From contig NC_090355.1 of the NCBI RefSeq assembly GCF_035084215.1, positions 27,094,001 to 27,158,000 on the forward strand: 64,000 nt of DNA, in the 5' to 3' direction. Source of the DNA: Heptranchias perlo (lineage: Eukaryota). The notes below the pieces were generated by a model. The model saw nothing but the letters and a program-made list of their open reading frames with translations. It did no database searches and had not been told where the DNA came from. How positions within the stretch are numbered: the first letter of the stretch is position 1; every line of letters begins with the position of its first letter. The translations under genes were made by a program, and so were the position numbers. This document shows, piece by piece, positions 25,641 through 38,500 of this stretch.

Positions 25641-26682
25641 GTAATTATAACATGAACTTTGATAATACAAGCAAACAATTGGAAATTTACTTACAGGAGT
25701 ATAGTTGAGTATGTTGCTTGAGTGTGTCCATATGACTGACTACTGGCAAATTACTATCCAAGACTTTATAAAACCTATGGGACAGAGGAACAGAGAGTTG
25801 CTTAGAATCTTCAAGTTGAATTACCATCAGTTTCATATGGTAATCATTCCTGTGTGTGTTGGTGTGTATTTTTAGGAACCTTGCTTCTTTGGGAACTAGT
25901 GCAGCATCAAATGATCTACAGTAGCCAAACTGGCAAAACATTGAATAATAGATGTTACCTAATTCATGCAGATCTACAAAATTACATATGTCACTAGCCT
26001 ATTGCTTCCCAAAAAAATGTGTAACTATGCGATTATGACTGTCAGTGTCTTTGAAATTTGCTGTTACTTATTAATTTTAAACAATTCTGTTCATGGAACT
26101 CCATTGTTGTCAGTCATTGTCTTTGGTTTTTGACTGTAGGATGGGGTTAATTTATGTTATTTTCTTCAAATCTTTCTGTCTGAATCTCCATTGCCATGCA
26201 CCACCTTTGGCCAAGCATACTCTTGACCTGCTTCCAGGCATCATCCAATGCTCCCTTCTTGTGCAGAAGCACCTGGCCTCACCAGCACCTCCCAAGGTGG
26301 CACAGCTCACATCAGGAACTCAGCATGTGCCAAATCACAGTTGCAATCTGCCTGTTGCATAGTATCCTTGAAACTGCCACCTGCTGTTCCCCTGAAGTAC
26401 TCCAATCACTTACACAAGTAAATTATTTAATCATGCAGTGTCAGGTTCTTTAATCGGCTTATCGCGTCAATATATTTTGTGAAATATCCCATTTTACCCA
26501 GCTGCACTAGCATGCTGAGCTGTTACTAGTGCCAGTATTTTTGCTGTGAAACCTCAGACTTGTATTGACTGGGGAGGGGAAAAACACTGCAGCATTATCG
26601 GATGGTAATAAGACGTTTGCTCAGCCGGTGGAGTGGAAACTGAGTTTAACTGAGGGACTTGATCCTCCTTTCTGGTTCACTG

Positions 26683-26748
26683 ATATATCTATATCTATCT
26701 CTCTCATCTATCTCTCTCTCTATCTCTATCTCTCTCTCTATCTCTCTC
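26683..26748. repeat. (TATC/TC)n mixed microsatellite
   Basis: Directly visible. Confidence 0.9.
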
Positions 26749-27069
26749 ATTTGTTTTCTTGAAGTTAACAAAATTAAAATCAAAGTATTTAAACAATATG
26801 GGTGCAAACTTGCAGAGAATTTTATTAGATTTATTTTCAAAATGAAAGGCAATTATCATTAAATTGAAGCACTCTGTCGATGTGCCACCTAAATATTGGA
26901 TCAAAGCACTTTTCAATGGAAAAACCCAAATGTGAACCCTAAGATGCTTTCATTACCTGTTGAAAGATGCCCACAAACTGGACCTTTACAGCATTTAATG
27001 AAGGAAGTAGTTGAAATGTGATGCACAAGAAAGTGTTCACACATGTAAATTGTGAATTAAAACTGTCAT

Positions 27070-27445
27070 AGTTCCCTTCAGTGGTCCAGCAAATTTATCC
27101 AATGAGTAGCTGAACTAGTCAGACTAGGAAAGTTCCAGATTCGTTATGATGTGCTATTAGCCGATCTCAGCTTAAACAATGCTAGGGGCAATAGAATTGA
27201 CCTCAGCACTCCTACATTAGGTAGGGGAAAATCAGATAGGGCTCCCACTTCTCATCTTTACCTGGGTTCTTGCTGGGAATGTACATATGTGGACATCTGG
27301 TGAAGACTAGATCTGTCTCAACTGTGGGGAAATAGCTTGTCAACAGTTGCTGTGAAGACTCATACATGAATCATGGCTTTTGAAGACAACCAGCATCTAT
27401 GGAACTGTAACCCAGCAAGGAATCAATGCCTTTGGGAAGGGGATG
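27070..27445 (+). mobile_element. Family X SINE
   Basis: ctaggaaagttccagattcg...gatctcagc...gaagactcatacatgaa...ggaactgtaacccagcaagga. Confidence 0.65.
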
Positions 27446-27718
27446 GTGCAAATTATCAAGGTAAAATGGAGTCCATTTGAAATCCACCACTTGTACCATT
27501 CACCAGTTAAAGCGCTGTCATTCAGCAGAATAGTGCCCAGTGATGGTGTTGAATCTTCAGTGAAGCCTGCGATCTCCTTTCTAAAAGCTTGTCTTAGATG
27601 CTTTTAAATTGTGCTTGATGGGTTTGGTTGTGGAAAGAGATACAGCTATTTAATTACTCTTTATTGAAGTATTAATTAATGAAAGTGAAGATTCCTTTCA
27701 AATTAATTTTAAAATCAA

Positions 27719-29135
27719 CGTGTTGCTCAAGAAAGGAGGAAGAGAGAAAACAGGGAACTACAGGCCAGTTAGCCTGACATCAGTCGTCGGGAAAATGCTG
27801 GACTCCATTATTAAGGAAGTGGTAACAGGGCACTTAGAAAATCATAATATGATTAGGCAGTCAACATGGTTTTACGAAAGGGAAATAGTGTTTGACAAAT
27901 TTATTTAGATTGTTTTGAGGATGTAACTAGCAGGGTAGATAAAGGGGAACCAGTGGATGTCGTATATTTGGATTTTCAAAAGGCATTCGATAAGGTGCCA
28001 CACAAAAGGTTGCTACAAAAGATAAGGGCTCATGGGGTTGGAGGTAACATATTAGCATGGATAGAGGATTGGTTACAGACAGAAAACAGAGAGTAGGGAT
28101 AAACGGGTCATTTTCAGGCTAGCAGGCTGTGACTAGTGGGGTGCCGCAAGGATCGATGCTTGGGCCTCAGCTATTTACAATCTATAGTAATGATTTAGAT
28201 GAAGGGACCGAGTGTAATGTATCCAAGTTTGCTGACGATACAAAGTTAGGTGGGAAACTAAGCTGTGAGGAGGACAGAGTCTGCAAAGTGATATAGACAG
28301 GTTAAGTGAGTGGCAAGAAGGTAGCAGATGGAGTATAATGTGGGGAAATATGAGGTTATTTACTTTGGTAGGAAGAATAGACAAACAGAATATTTTTTAA
28401 ATGGTGAGAAACTATTAAATATTGGTGTTCAGAGAGACTTGGGTGTCCTCGTACAAGAAACACAAAAAGTTAGCATTCAGGTACAGCAAGCAATTGGGAA
28501 AGCAAATAGAATGTTGGCCTTTATTGCAAGGGGGTTGGAGCCCAAAAGTAAGGAAGTCTTACTACAATTGTACAGGGCTTTGGTGAGACCTCACCTGGAG
28601 TACTGTGTACAGTTTTGGTCTCCTTATCTAAAGAAGGATTTACTTGCCTTAGAGGTGGTGCAACGAAGGTTCACTGGATTAATTCCTGGGATGAGGGGGT
28701 TGCCCTATGAGGCGAGGTTGAGTAGAATGTGCGTATACTCTCGAGTTTAGAAGAATGAAAGGTAATCTAATTGAAATATATAAGATTGAGGGGGCTTGAC
28801 AGGGTAGATGCTGAGAAGTTGTTTCCCATGGCTGTTGTGTCTAGAACTAGAGGGCATAGCTGCAGGATAAGGAGTCGGCCACTTAAGACTGAGATGAGGA
28901 GGAATTTCTTCACTCAGGGTTGTGAATCTTTGGAATTCTTTACCCCAGAGGGCTGTGGATGCTGAGTCATTGAATATATTCAAGGCTGAGATAGACAGAT
29001 TTCTGGACTCTAGGAGAATCAAGGGATATGGGGATCGGGCAGGAAAGTGGAGTTGAGGTCGAAGATCAGACATGATCTGATTGAATGGCGGAGCAGGCTC
29101 GAGGGGCCATGTTCTGCTCCTATTTCTTATGTTCT
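27719..29135 (+). mobile_element. CR1 LINE 3' 1.4 kb, degenerate
   Basis: KKGGREKTGNYRPVSLTS, RPHLEYCVQFWSP; 3' tail tatttcttatgttct. Confidence 0.92.
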
Positions 29136-30075
29136 CTCAATGTATCAAAACAATTGACTTCAGAAGCTGCAAAGGCTGAAAATCTGAAATATTGGATGTA
29201 TATACTTTGCCTATCAGCATCTGAGAAGACAGGTTAGTATTTTGGGTAGAGACCAGTTCTGATAACCTTTTGGTCAGTGATCCTTTAACATCTTTTTTCT
29301 CTTCAGATAACAGACTTGCTGCCAACAGAATTTATGCATTTACTATAATTGTTCAACCTATTAAAGTGTCGAAAGATTATATATCCATCAACATGCTTTT
29401 ATTGTATTGATCTGATCATATATAACCCCCTCAATCCAAGAGATGTCTGCTTCACCTAATATTGAATGAAAGCTGTTTGATTCAGAGATGTTCAGATACC
29501 TTGAATTATCAGGACTCTAATGGTATATAGGAAAGCAGCTGCTATATTGGCCTTTTAAGTCTGATTCTGAGAGCCCAGTGTTTATGCTGTTAAATCTGGT
29601 TTCTGTCAATCAGCAGCAGCCTTGTAGGCCCCAAGTAGCAAGTCAAGGGAAACGGCGTGATAATGTCAGCTGAGGTTGCGCACTGGCTAAGAAATGATAA
29701 AATATTTTGTAATTTTCCACATATCTTCCTGGTATGCAAGTTTCTCGTTATTAAGAGATTGGCAGGCAGCAACTATAGAAATAGATCTGCTGTCTGAACA
29801 AGATTTTTTTTAAACTAGTTTATACACTGTGCATGCCATGCATAAAGCAGATCAATTGTCCTCCTTTTTCTTGCCAGTGCCAAGGTTAGTTAATTGTTTA
29901 GTCAAGTGGCTCAATTTAACAACTAACTATAGGTTACTGTAACTGAAGTTAATTCACACACACACCATTTATGCTATTCTAATTGGTTTTATTATTTTTT
30001 AATTGGAATTTTTTTTTCTATTGGAGCTTTCTACAACTGTACTCGTAAATGGAATGAAACATATTGGGGAAGACA

Positions 30076-30623
30076 TAAGAACATAAGAAATAGGAGCAGG
30101 AGTAGGCCATACGGCCCCTTGAGCCTGCTCCGTCATTCAATATGATTATGGCTGATCTTCGACCTCAACTCCACTTTCCCGCCTGATCCCCCATATCCCT
30201 TGATTCCCTTAGAGTCCAAAAATCTATCGATCTCAGCCTTGAATATACTCAACGACTGAGCATCCACAGTCCTCTGGGGTAGAGAATTACAAAGATTCAC
30301 AACCCTCTGAAGACGTTCCTCCTCATCTCAGTCCTAAATGGCCGACTCCTTATCCTAAAACTATGCCCCCTAGTTCTAGACTCTCCAGTCAGGGGAAATA
30401 GCCTCTCAGCATCTATTCTAGCCCTCTCAGAATCTTTTACATTTCAATGAGATCACCTCTCATTCTTCTAAACTCCAGAGTATAGGCCCATTCTACTCAA
30501 TCTCTCCTCATAGGACAGCCCTCTCATTCCAGAAATTAATCTAATGAACCTTTATTGCACCGTCTCTAAGGCAAGTATATCTTTCCTTAGGTAAGGAGAC
30601 CAAAACTGTACACAGTACTCCAG
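30076..30623 (-). mobile_element. CR1 LINE 3' fragment
   Basis: cataagaacataagaaataggagcagg tail; same subfamily as 27719-29135, opposite orientation. Confidence 0.9.
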
Positions 30624-30624
30624 G

Positions 30625-30860
30625 ACCCCATTTGATAGCTCAGTGGGTAACTGCATCTGGTAGGTATAGTAATGAGCAATAAGGACCAGAAAAATTATAT
30701 GAACAGAGGTGGGAGATATTACAACTAGCCTTAACGTCTCCGGGCTTGGGAAGAAAACAGTCCTCCAGGGTTCTTACACCTAACTGCTATCCAATCATGC
30801 TTACCGTAAAGTGCATGTTGGGTGAAGACAGGATCGAGCTTGGCTGTAATGCACTACCCC
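30625..30860 (+). mobile_element. Family X SINE 5' part
   Basis: tagctcagtggg A-box; gtgaagacaggatcgagcttggctgtaatgc. Confidence 0.55.
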
Positions 30861-31299
30861 AGAAGTGTCCAAACCTATCCTTGAAACCCAGTTAATAATC
30901 CTGTATGTTTATATTTATTTTCTGGCTTATCCTATTTGAATTTCAAGGGCCATGAAGTTAGCAAATGTCCATTCTTGGCACTTTTGCTAAATCAGAACAC
31001 TAAAGACGTGTTCATATTTCATCATGGAACTCGGGAGGGAATCACTTCTGAATTTGGAAGCCCCATTCATACAGATGCCTCCAAAACTGATGATGTGGAG
31101 ATTCCTTTGGTGATATTGTGGCATCATAAGTTTTTTTTTTACTTATAAAATTTGTTTAAACTTCATCCCTAGGAGGGACAACTGAAAAAATTTTGGCCCC
31201 TTAGACTGTTGGCTGCAGTTTGGGTCCTAAAGGCAAAGTTTGTGATCTGCATCCAGATCTGAAACCACCAGTGCTGGGGTTAGATAGTTGGTTCTGCAG

Positions 31300-32195
31300 A
31301 TCCATTTAATCTGCCGCTGATGTAGCAAATTGTGACGAAGACTATGAAAGACTGCAGGAGAACGCAAGTAGACTAGCAGGGTGAGCAGAGAAGAGATAGA
31401 TTCAGTTCAGTGTCGAGAAATGTAAAATAAAACATAATAGAATTAAGAATTGTGGAAGGAAGTACTTCCTGAATTGATAAGAATTAATTGGAGTACGGAA
31501 GTAGAAGAACCTTGGTATATAGATATACAAGTCATTCAAAATGGTAGCACAAGTGGATAAGGCCATAAAGAAAACAAATTGAGTCCTTAGTTTTGCATCT
31601 AGAAGCATAAGTTACAAAACCCAGGAGGTAATGTTGAACTTGAACAAGACCTTAGTTAGACTGCATTTGGAATATTGTGCACCCACAGTTTTGTGCACCC
31701 CTTTATGCAAAGGATATAAAAGCAATGGAAACGTGCACCATAGACTCACTACGCTGTCATTAAGGACATGGGGGTTATAGTACAGAGAAATACATGAAAA
31801 GTTAGGGCATTATCCCATTGGAACTGAGAAGGTTGACTGATACCTGATAGAGGCCTTCAAGATTACAAAGGATGTGATAGGTTGTTTCCACTCGTCTGAG
31901 ACAGTAATGAGGGGGGCACAAATTTGCAATAATCACAAAAAGTGGAAGTTAGGCAAAGATTATTTGCACGCAATGTTTACAATGTGGATTTCTCTGCCAT
32001 CAACCATTATTAAAGCAGAGTCTGAATACTTTTAAAAGGAAATTAGATAATTGCTTCAAAAAGCAGAATGTTAAAGCATATGGGGAGTTAGCAATTGGGT
32101 GGGATTTGGGTAGGTGGAGAAAAACACTGGCACAAACCTGATGGGTTGAATGGCCGGTTTCTATGCTCCTGTATAACATTCCATGATTCTATGAC
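31300..32195 (+). mobile_element. Old degenerate CR1 3' fragment
   Basis: KTLVRLHLEYC remnant; gatgggttgaatggcc and catgattctatga tail. Confidence 0.75.
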
Positions 32196-32499
32196 TCCAA
32201 GCCAAGAATTCTAAATAACAAACTATCATCAGAGCAACTCACAGGCTGTATCTTGCCTGCAAATCCCTGATTTAATAGTCAGATCACTGCAATATTTCAC
32301 TGGAAACAGCAGCATATTTTTGAAGTGTGAAATGTGGAAGTGCCCTGTGTGACTTAAGATCAGGTTTCTGGCTAGATGATTAAATGGCCTTGTTCCAGAG
32401 ATTTATAAAGTGGGCATTTTTTTTTGCACCAGCTTTTTGCTACCTTCTCTTATAAAGGCCACCATTCTGGCTGGGTTACTATTCCACTGCTGTCGGGGA

Positions 32500-32760
32500 C
32501 CCTTCACTACCTCATCCATTTTTTGTTTGCGAGCATTGACAATGAATATCGACAGGCCAGTCAACACAGCTGGCATCACGGCCAAGCCCAATCCTGTCCT
32601 CGCCTAGCGCCCACATACGCACACTTTCCAGCAGGAATCACTGGATAGCAATCGGGAATGCTGGCTGACTTTTTTTTCAGCCCCCAATAGGAATTTTAGT
32701 ACCCTACCACCAGCCCGGTTGTAGTCAACTAACTTAACACAGACTGGAAATCAAACTTGA
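32500..32760 (-). mobile_element. Family X SINE
   Basis: gcccaatcctgtcctcgcc, cacactttccagcaggaatcactggatagc. Confidence 0.7.
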
Positions 32761-34035
32761 CAAATTAGACATTTTAATCTGGAGCTTGTACAACTACTGT
32801 TCCAGCCTGCCATTTATTGGCAAACTGGTGATGCATTAATCACAATTCTGTGCTCTAATTATAGATTTACAGATGAATGATCAATCAGGCCTGTTGAGGG
32901 CCAGGCCTCTCCTGCACTAATGACACTGTGTGGCTGACCTCTTAGTAACAATTGGATATCTGTGTTTCTTTTCAAGGCAGGACTCTGCTGTTCCTTGATT
33001 TCGGATGTTCCTCAATGCATGTTGACCATATTTTTGCCCTTGCTTTGCTCACTTTGCAGGATACAAAGACCACTCAATAGACACCTGGGTCTCGCACAGT
33101 ATAAAAAGTAACTTCAAGGTCCTGGTGCTGTGGAAACTGCATTACACGGTGAATTCCACTGCATCCAAAACAACAGAAAAAAAACCTGTGCATGTGGAAT
33201 CATAAACCTGCGCAGTTTTAAAATCATGATTCATTACTTACTTTCTAGCTGCTGTACCTTCACCAGAGGCTGGGGAAAGAACAGTATGTATGGTAGGCAA
33301 ACATGGCAGTCTTCGTAGGCAATGTTTATAGTTCCATCAGGATTGGTGATGCTTCCGTCGATTACCATGGAACGCACCACCTCATTTACTGTTGGTGACA
33401 GCATGATAAAGTAAATGCACTATAAGCAAAGACTAATAATACAGTGCAGTGAGTCAAGATAGCCCAGACATTTCATGGATTAACACTGGAAGAAAATCCC
33501 TTGTGAAGCCTGGAGCAACTGGAATTCTTTTTTAAAAGTTTCAATGGTATCTAAAGAAATACAATTCACATTTTATTTTTAGTCTATGCTTTACAGTGTA
33601 AAGTCACCAGGTAGCAACATTCCTCATTTATGCTGAAAATATTTTCTTTTGTTTTGATTATTGTACATAGACCTGCTCTAACAGGCAGTCTGGAGAGTAA
33701 TTGAAAGCAGCCTGCTTTCATAATCAGGGAAGCAGTGCTTTGCCATGTCTCTGAGGATTTATATCCCATTTTACCTCACCTGTACTTGGATTCACATTTT
33801 GATAGAGGTTTTGCAAAAGTAAAGGAACAGTCATTTAAACAGACAACAGGGATTTGGCTCAGAAATTGCAGCGAGGCTGGTCAGATGTTGCAAATCTTCA
33901 TTTTATGCCATGTATCCATACACAAGTGCAATCCCCAAGAACTTCAATAGATGCCCAGGGTACCAGGCCTGCAACCTTATAGATTGAGGCCAAGTTTATA
34001 ATAGACATTGATAAAAATGCACTGCTCACATTAAG

Positions 34036-34195
34036 AGACTGAATGGTGTAGTGGCACTGAAGACTTTCCTTTCAACTCGGGGACCTGGAGTTGAGTCACA
34101 CCCTAACCAGATGAAAGTCTCCTCTTGTCAAGGGTGTTAATTAAATTAGTTCAGCCTTAGTCCAGTTCCCAATGGATGCTAGTCCGCAACAAAAA
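34036..34195 (+). mobile_element. LF-SINE-like SINE fragment
   Basis: gagactgaatggtgtagt...cctttcaactc...aagtctcctct...agtccagttccca; colinear with 58989-59205. Confidence 0.5.
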
Positions 34196-34259
34196 AGACT
34201 TCAGAAAATTCAGGGCATATAGTACTATTGTGTTCACTCGGAGACAAAAACAGAAAATC

Positions 34260-34530
34260 CTGAGCTGCACCCCTCCAAGACCAATGTATCTTTCCTGAGG
34301 TGCAGTGCCCAAATTGAATGCAGTACTCCAGGTGGGATCTGACCAAGGCTCTGTTCAACTGAAGCATCACTTCCGCACTTTTGTATTCCAATCCTCTTGA
34401 GATAAAGGCCAACAATTCATTAGTCTTTTTTTGATTACTTTTTGTACTTGTGCAGTAGCTTTTAGTGATCTGTGTACATGGACACCTAAACCCTTTGTTC
34501 CTTCACAGCTCCTAGTCTATCCCCATTAAG
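34260..34530 (-). mobile_element. CR1 RT fragment
   Basis: ORF 34179-34415 MLAFISRGLEYKS..RALVRSHLEYC. Confidence 0.8.
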
Positions 34531-34597
34531 ACTGCAAAATAATTTGGAGAAAGATAAGATACTGTCCCTAAAGCTTGCGTTGATCTTGATTGGAATG

Positions 34598-34918
34598 GTG
34601 CTCCAGCCCGACAACCCTCCGAAAATTCTGTGTTCCTCTAACTCTGGCTTCGTTGTGCAACCACCACTTCCTTCACCCTACCATTGGTGGCCTTGCCTTC
34701 AGCTATCTAGGTCCTAAGCTGTGGAATTTCTTCCCTAAACCCCTCCACCTCCTTCAAGACGCTGCTTAAAACCTACCTCTTTGACCAAGCGTTTGGTCAC
34801 CTGTCCTAATGTCTCCTCCTTTTGCTTGGTGTCAATTTTGGCCTGATTACGGTCCTGTGAAGTGCCTTGGTACATTTGACTACGTTAAAGGCACTATATA
34901 AATGCAAGTTGCTGTTGA
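34598..34918 (+). mobile_element. L2 LINE 3' end
   Basis: GGLAFSYLGPKLWN remnant, cttaaaacctacctctttgaccaagc, ttaaaggcactatataaatgcaagttgctgttg tail; second copy on - strand at 61770-61925. Confidence 0.8.
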
Positions 34919-34942
34919 CGACCAACCAAAGTTGGAAGAATA

Positions 34943-35127
34943 GTATGAATAGGAGGAGAAGTTAAAGTGATACATCACAAGGAGCTCAGGGTCACATTTA
35001 CAGACAGAATGAAGGTTTTTAGCAAAGGAGTCACCTAATCTGTATTTGGTCATCTCAATGTGGAGGAGATCACACCATGAGCAACTAATACAGTAACTTC
35101 ATTAAAGGAAGTGCACATAAATTACTG
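34943..35127 (-). mobile_element. Penelope-like element GIY-YIG endonuclease remnant
   Basis: Minus-strand translation, allowing one frameshift, reads FMCTSFN..YCISCSWCDLLHIEMTKYRLGDSFAKNLHSVCKCDPELLVMYHFN, matching the PLE motif FTCTS.N.VYCI.C..C..LYIGETK..L..RF.EH....HFN. Confidence 0.75.
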
Positions 35128-35275
35128 TGATGAGAGACCATATGGTAGAGGAATTATTTGATGTAGTAGGGTTGGAGTGTTCGGCAGATTTCTGTATTTT
35201 GTATTATACAGTTTTGAAATATCTAGCATTAAAATGGAATCTGTCTTCCTTGCCAAATTTCTGGCCAGTTTATTT

Positions 35276-35570
35276 AGAATCATAGAATCATAGAAGTTTA
35301 CAACATGGAAACAGGCCCTTCGGCCCAACATGTCCATGTCGCCCAGTTTATACCACTAAGCTAGTCCCAGTTGCCTGCACTTGGCCCATATCCCTCTATA
35401 CCCATCTTACCCATGTAACTGTCCAAATGCTTTTTAAAAGATAAAATTGTACCCGCCTCTACTACTGCCTCTGGCAGCTCGTTCCAGACACTCACCACCC
35501 TTTGAGTGAAAAAATTGCCCCTCTGGACCCTTTTGTATCTCTCCCCTCTCACCTTAAATCTATGCCCCCT
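35276..35570 (-). mobile_element. Young CR1 3' fragment
   Basis: Nearly identical to 10147-10435. Confidence 0.92.
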
Positions 35571-35747
35571 ATATCTATAAATCAGTCAGGGTACAGAGGC
35601 TTTGACTTAGGTTCTAATAATGTACTTGGTCATGGATTTCATAGGTGAAACAGAAAACACCTGCTTGACAATCATTCACCACAATAGTCTGTTCCATTGT
35701 GTCCTTGATCTTGGTTGATTAGCAGCTCTGACCATGGCTTTTGGTTT

Positions 35748-35759
35748 TATATATATATA

Positions 35760-35802
<43 letters not shown>
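35748..35802. repeat. (TA)n(GT)n microsatellite
   Basis: Directly visible. Confidence 0.95.
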
Positions 35803-35808
<6 letters not shown>

Positions 35809-37029
35809 AAATATGATTTATCTCAATATCTTTGGTTCTACCGAGAGATCTGGACTCATACAATTTCTTATCATGAGAGACTATGAAAGACTATTTTATT
35901 GAAGAACACTTGCTTATCAAACTGTGCAATAAATATGTTCTAACCCTTTGTGGATTGATTCTACCTCTATTGTATTTTTATTATTTTTTGTCTTACTTTT
36001 TATGTGCATATTTGTAAATAAATCTAAATATTAATTTTAGCCTATTGGTGTAATGGTCTAGCAGAAGTCAGGAGAATATGGTAGACGATCCATAATGGAA
36101 TCCATAAGTCTTAATGGAATTATTTTCCATTCCCCAGGCCCAACATGATTAATCATTTTGATAAACACAAAGAAAAAAAATTCCAATATCATGTGCAGGA
36201 CTTGTGATATGTTCCAATTAATTCTGTTTCACGTAGTCACTGTTTGAGAATCGCAGCTCACTGATCCTTAACCTCATCTATTGGTCTCAAATAACTGTAG
36301 CTGTTTAATTGCTACTGAGTTTCCTACGGTACTGAGCTAAGCCTTCAGTTCTTGGTACCTCTGTGAGAAGACTAGCCTCTTTCCCATGATGGAGGATTTC
36401 GCCTCCTTGCCAATAATTTTTTTTAAGAGCTCCTCTTTTACCCCATTGAGATCTTAAATAATCTATGATTTATGTATTAGGCTCACATTTTAGTCAACAG
36501 AGCAACATTCTTGCACATAAATGGAAAAAATACAAACCTAGATTTTCTAAATATAAAACAAATATGTTGTAACTTTGTCATCCTCTTCCCCTATCTGCTC
36601 CCCCAATCATAAGAATCCCTGTTACCCTTTAGAGTTTTTATGTTAAATATAAGTGAGCTCACACTGTGTACGACATGGAATATGCCTTTACTAGTCAAAT
36701 GTGGCGAGCCCAGGGGTCAAACAAAGAACTCTCATCACTGTACTCTGGTTTACTGGATATATCTCATGATACCATGGGATCGCCTCAACTTCAAAAAGGC
36801 AGAAGAATGAGCACCAACACAGTGTCTATAAACTGCTAGACTCATTGTTTGAACATTAAACAGTTAAACAAACAGTATAGCAGACTATAATGTCTATTCT
36901 TTGCAGCTTGAGAAAGCAACTAGTAGCACCTAACATTTGAAGTGACTGTCAGACTCAGTACAAAGATGTTAAAATATATATTAGAAATGCGACTGAAATT
37001 TCCTATGTGTCACACTCTCCGTGCCCTGT

Positions 37030-37445
37030 AAAAAAAAAAAATTGCATCTATATTAAGCCTCATCACATCTCTTAAAGCACCTCACTTACGATGTATTACT
37101 TCGAAGTGTGGTTACTGTTATGTAGGCAAACAGTGTTTTGCACACAACTTCCATCAGCAGCACAAGATGAATGACTAATTAGCTTTTTTTGGTATTTGTT
37201 TGAGGAAGGAATGTTTGCCAGGACAGCAGAGCCCCCTGCTCCCCTTCAAATAGTACCATGGAATCTTAAACATCCACTTACCATCAGAATAGGCAGCTGG
37301 TTCAAGATTTGACCCAAAAAAATGACACTTTCAGCAATGCCAGAGTATCTGCCAAGATTATGAGCTGAAACTCATGTTATAAAGCTCAAGCCCGTAAGCT
37401 TCTGATCCAGAGACTAAATTGCAATGAACTGAGCCAAGGTGACAC
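37030..37445 (-). mobile_element. Degenerate Deu-domain SINE
   Basis: ttgcatctatatt, cgaagtgtggttactgtt, cccctgctccccttcaaatagtaccatggga, ttctgatccagag..aactgagcca. Confidence 0.7.
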
Positions 37446-38139
37446 ATACCCTTCAGTGACTGGAAAGACTGACTAGAGGCCTGTGCCCTTTGCCATTTTA
37501 TACTCGGCTGCTTGACAACTCCCCACAACAGCCAAACGAAGATCTCTCACTGTGTTGAGAGTTGCATACCATTTCTGACTTTTTAAACCACCAAGCGCAG
37601 CTTGTTACAACTCCACTGTGCCACCTTTCTCAAATCTTTTTAAGCTCATCTCTACCAATTCATTAAAAATGCACTCATTCTTGAAGAGCTGAGAGGTTTG
37701 ACTAATTGCATAACTCTGAAATGGATACAAAAATAGTGTATTGCTCCTCGCGAAGTGCAATGCTAAAGCTCTCTTTCGCATTCCAAATTGGCGCATTCAG
37801 CTTTTTTCAAGTCTGCTCTTTTTCTCCCACACAGCTTTTGGAAGGAAGCTGTTTTGTTTACAAAGGTTGCTCCATCTCTGAGCATCCATTGATTGATTCA
37901 GCAGATAACTTCCGCAGCACGCGCAGTGCAAGAGTTGAAGCAGGACAGCCATCTATTTTGATCCTTCATTTTAAAAGTTATTTCTCATTCTCTCAGTTCC
38001 AACAGCAGGGCTGTCAACTCTCACTCATTTGGAGTGGGTTACACTCATTTTGGAATAAAAATATAATGGACTTTGATGTATCGCTTCTGAAAAATACAAG
38101 CAAGACAAATTGGAATCTTTTCTTAATGGTGAGAGACTA

Positions 38140-38500
38140 GGAGCTGTGGAGTAGCAAAGGGATTTGGGTGTTCATTTGCACGATTACTTTTTGTACCTTT
38201 ATTTCAAGGGGGTTGGAAAACAAAAGTGAGGAAGTGATGTTTCATTTGTACAGAGCCTTGGTAAGACTCCATCCAGAGTACTGCGTTCAGTTTTTGGCAC
38301 CAAATCTCAGGAAGGATGTATTGGCCCCGGAGGCAGTGCAGCTCAGATTCACTAGAATGATACCGGAGTTTAAAGGGTTAAATTATGAGGCCAGGTTGCA
38401 TAAATTTTCCTTGAGTTTAGACAGTTGAGGGGTGATCTAATCGAGGTGTTTAAAATGACAGAAGGATTCAATAGGGTAAATATAGAGAAACTATTTCCAG
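38140..38500 (+). mobile_element. CR1 RT C-terminal fragment
   Basis: ORF 38168-38428 FISRGLENKSEE..LYRALVRLHPEYC. Confidence 0.8.

Noticed and set aside
26646-26916. ER/DR-rich ORFs
   Set aside because: Translations of a TC/TATC microsatellite.
33030-33120. Strong-looking splice acceptor (ctttgctcactttgcag|g)
   Set aside because: Downstream sequence has no MED27 similarity and no convincing donor.
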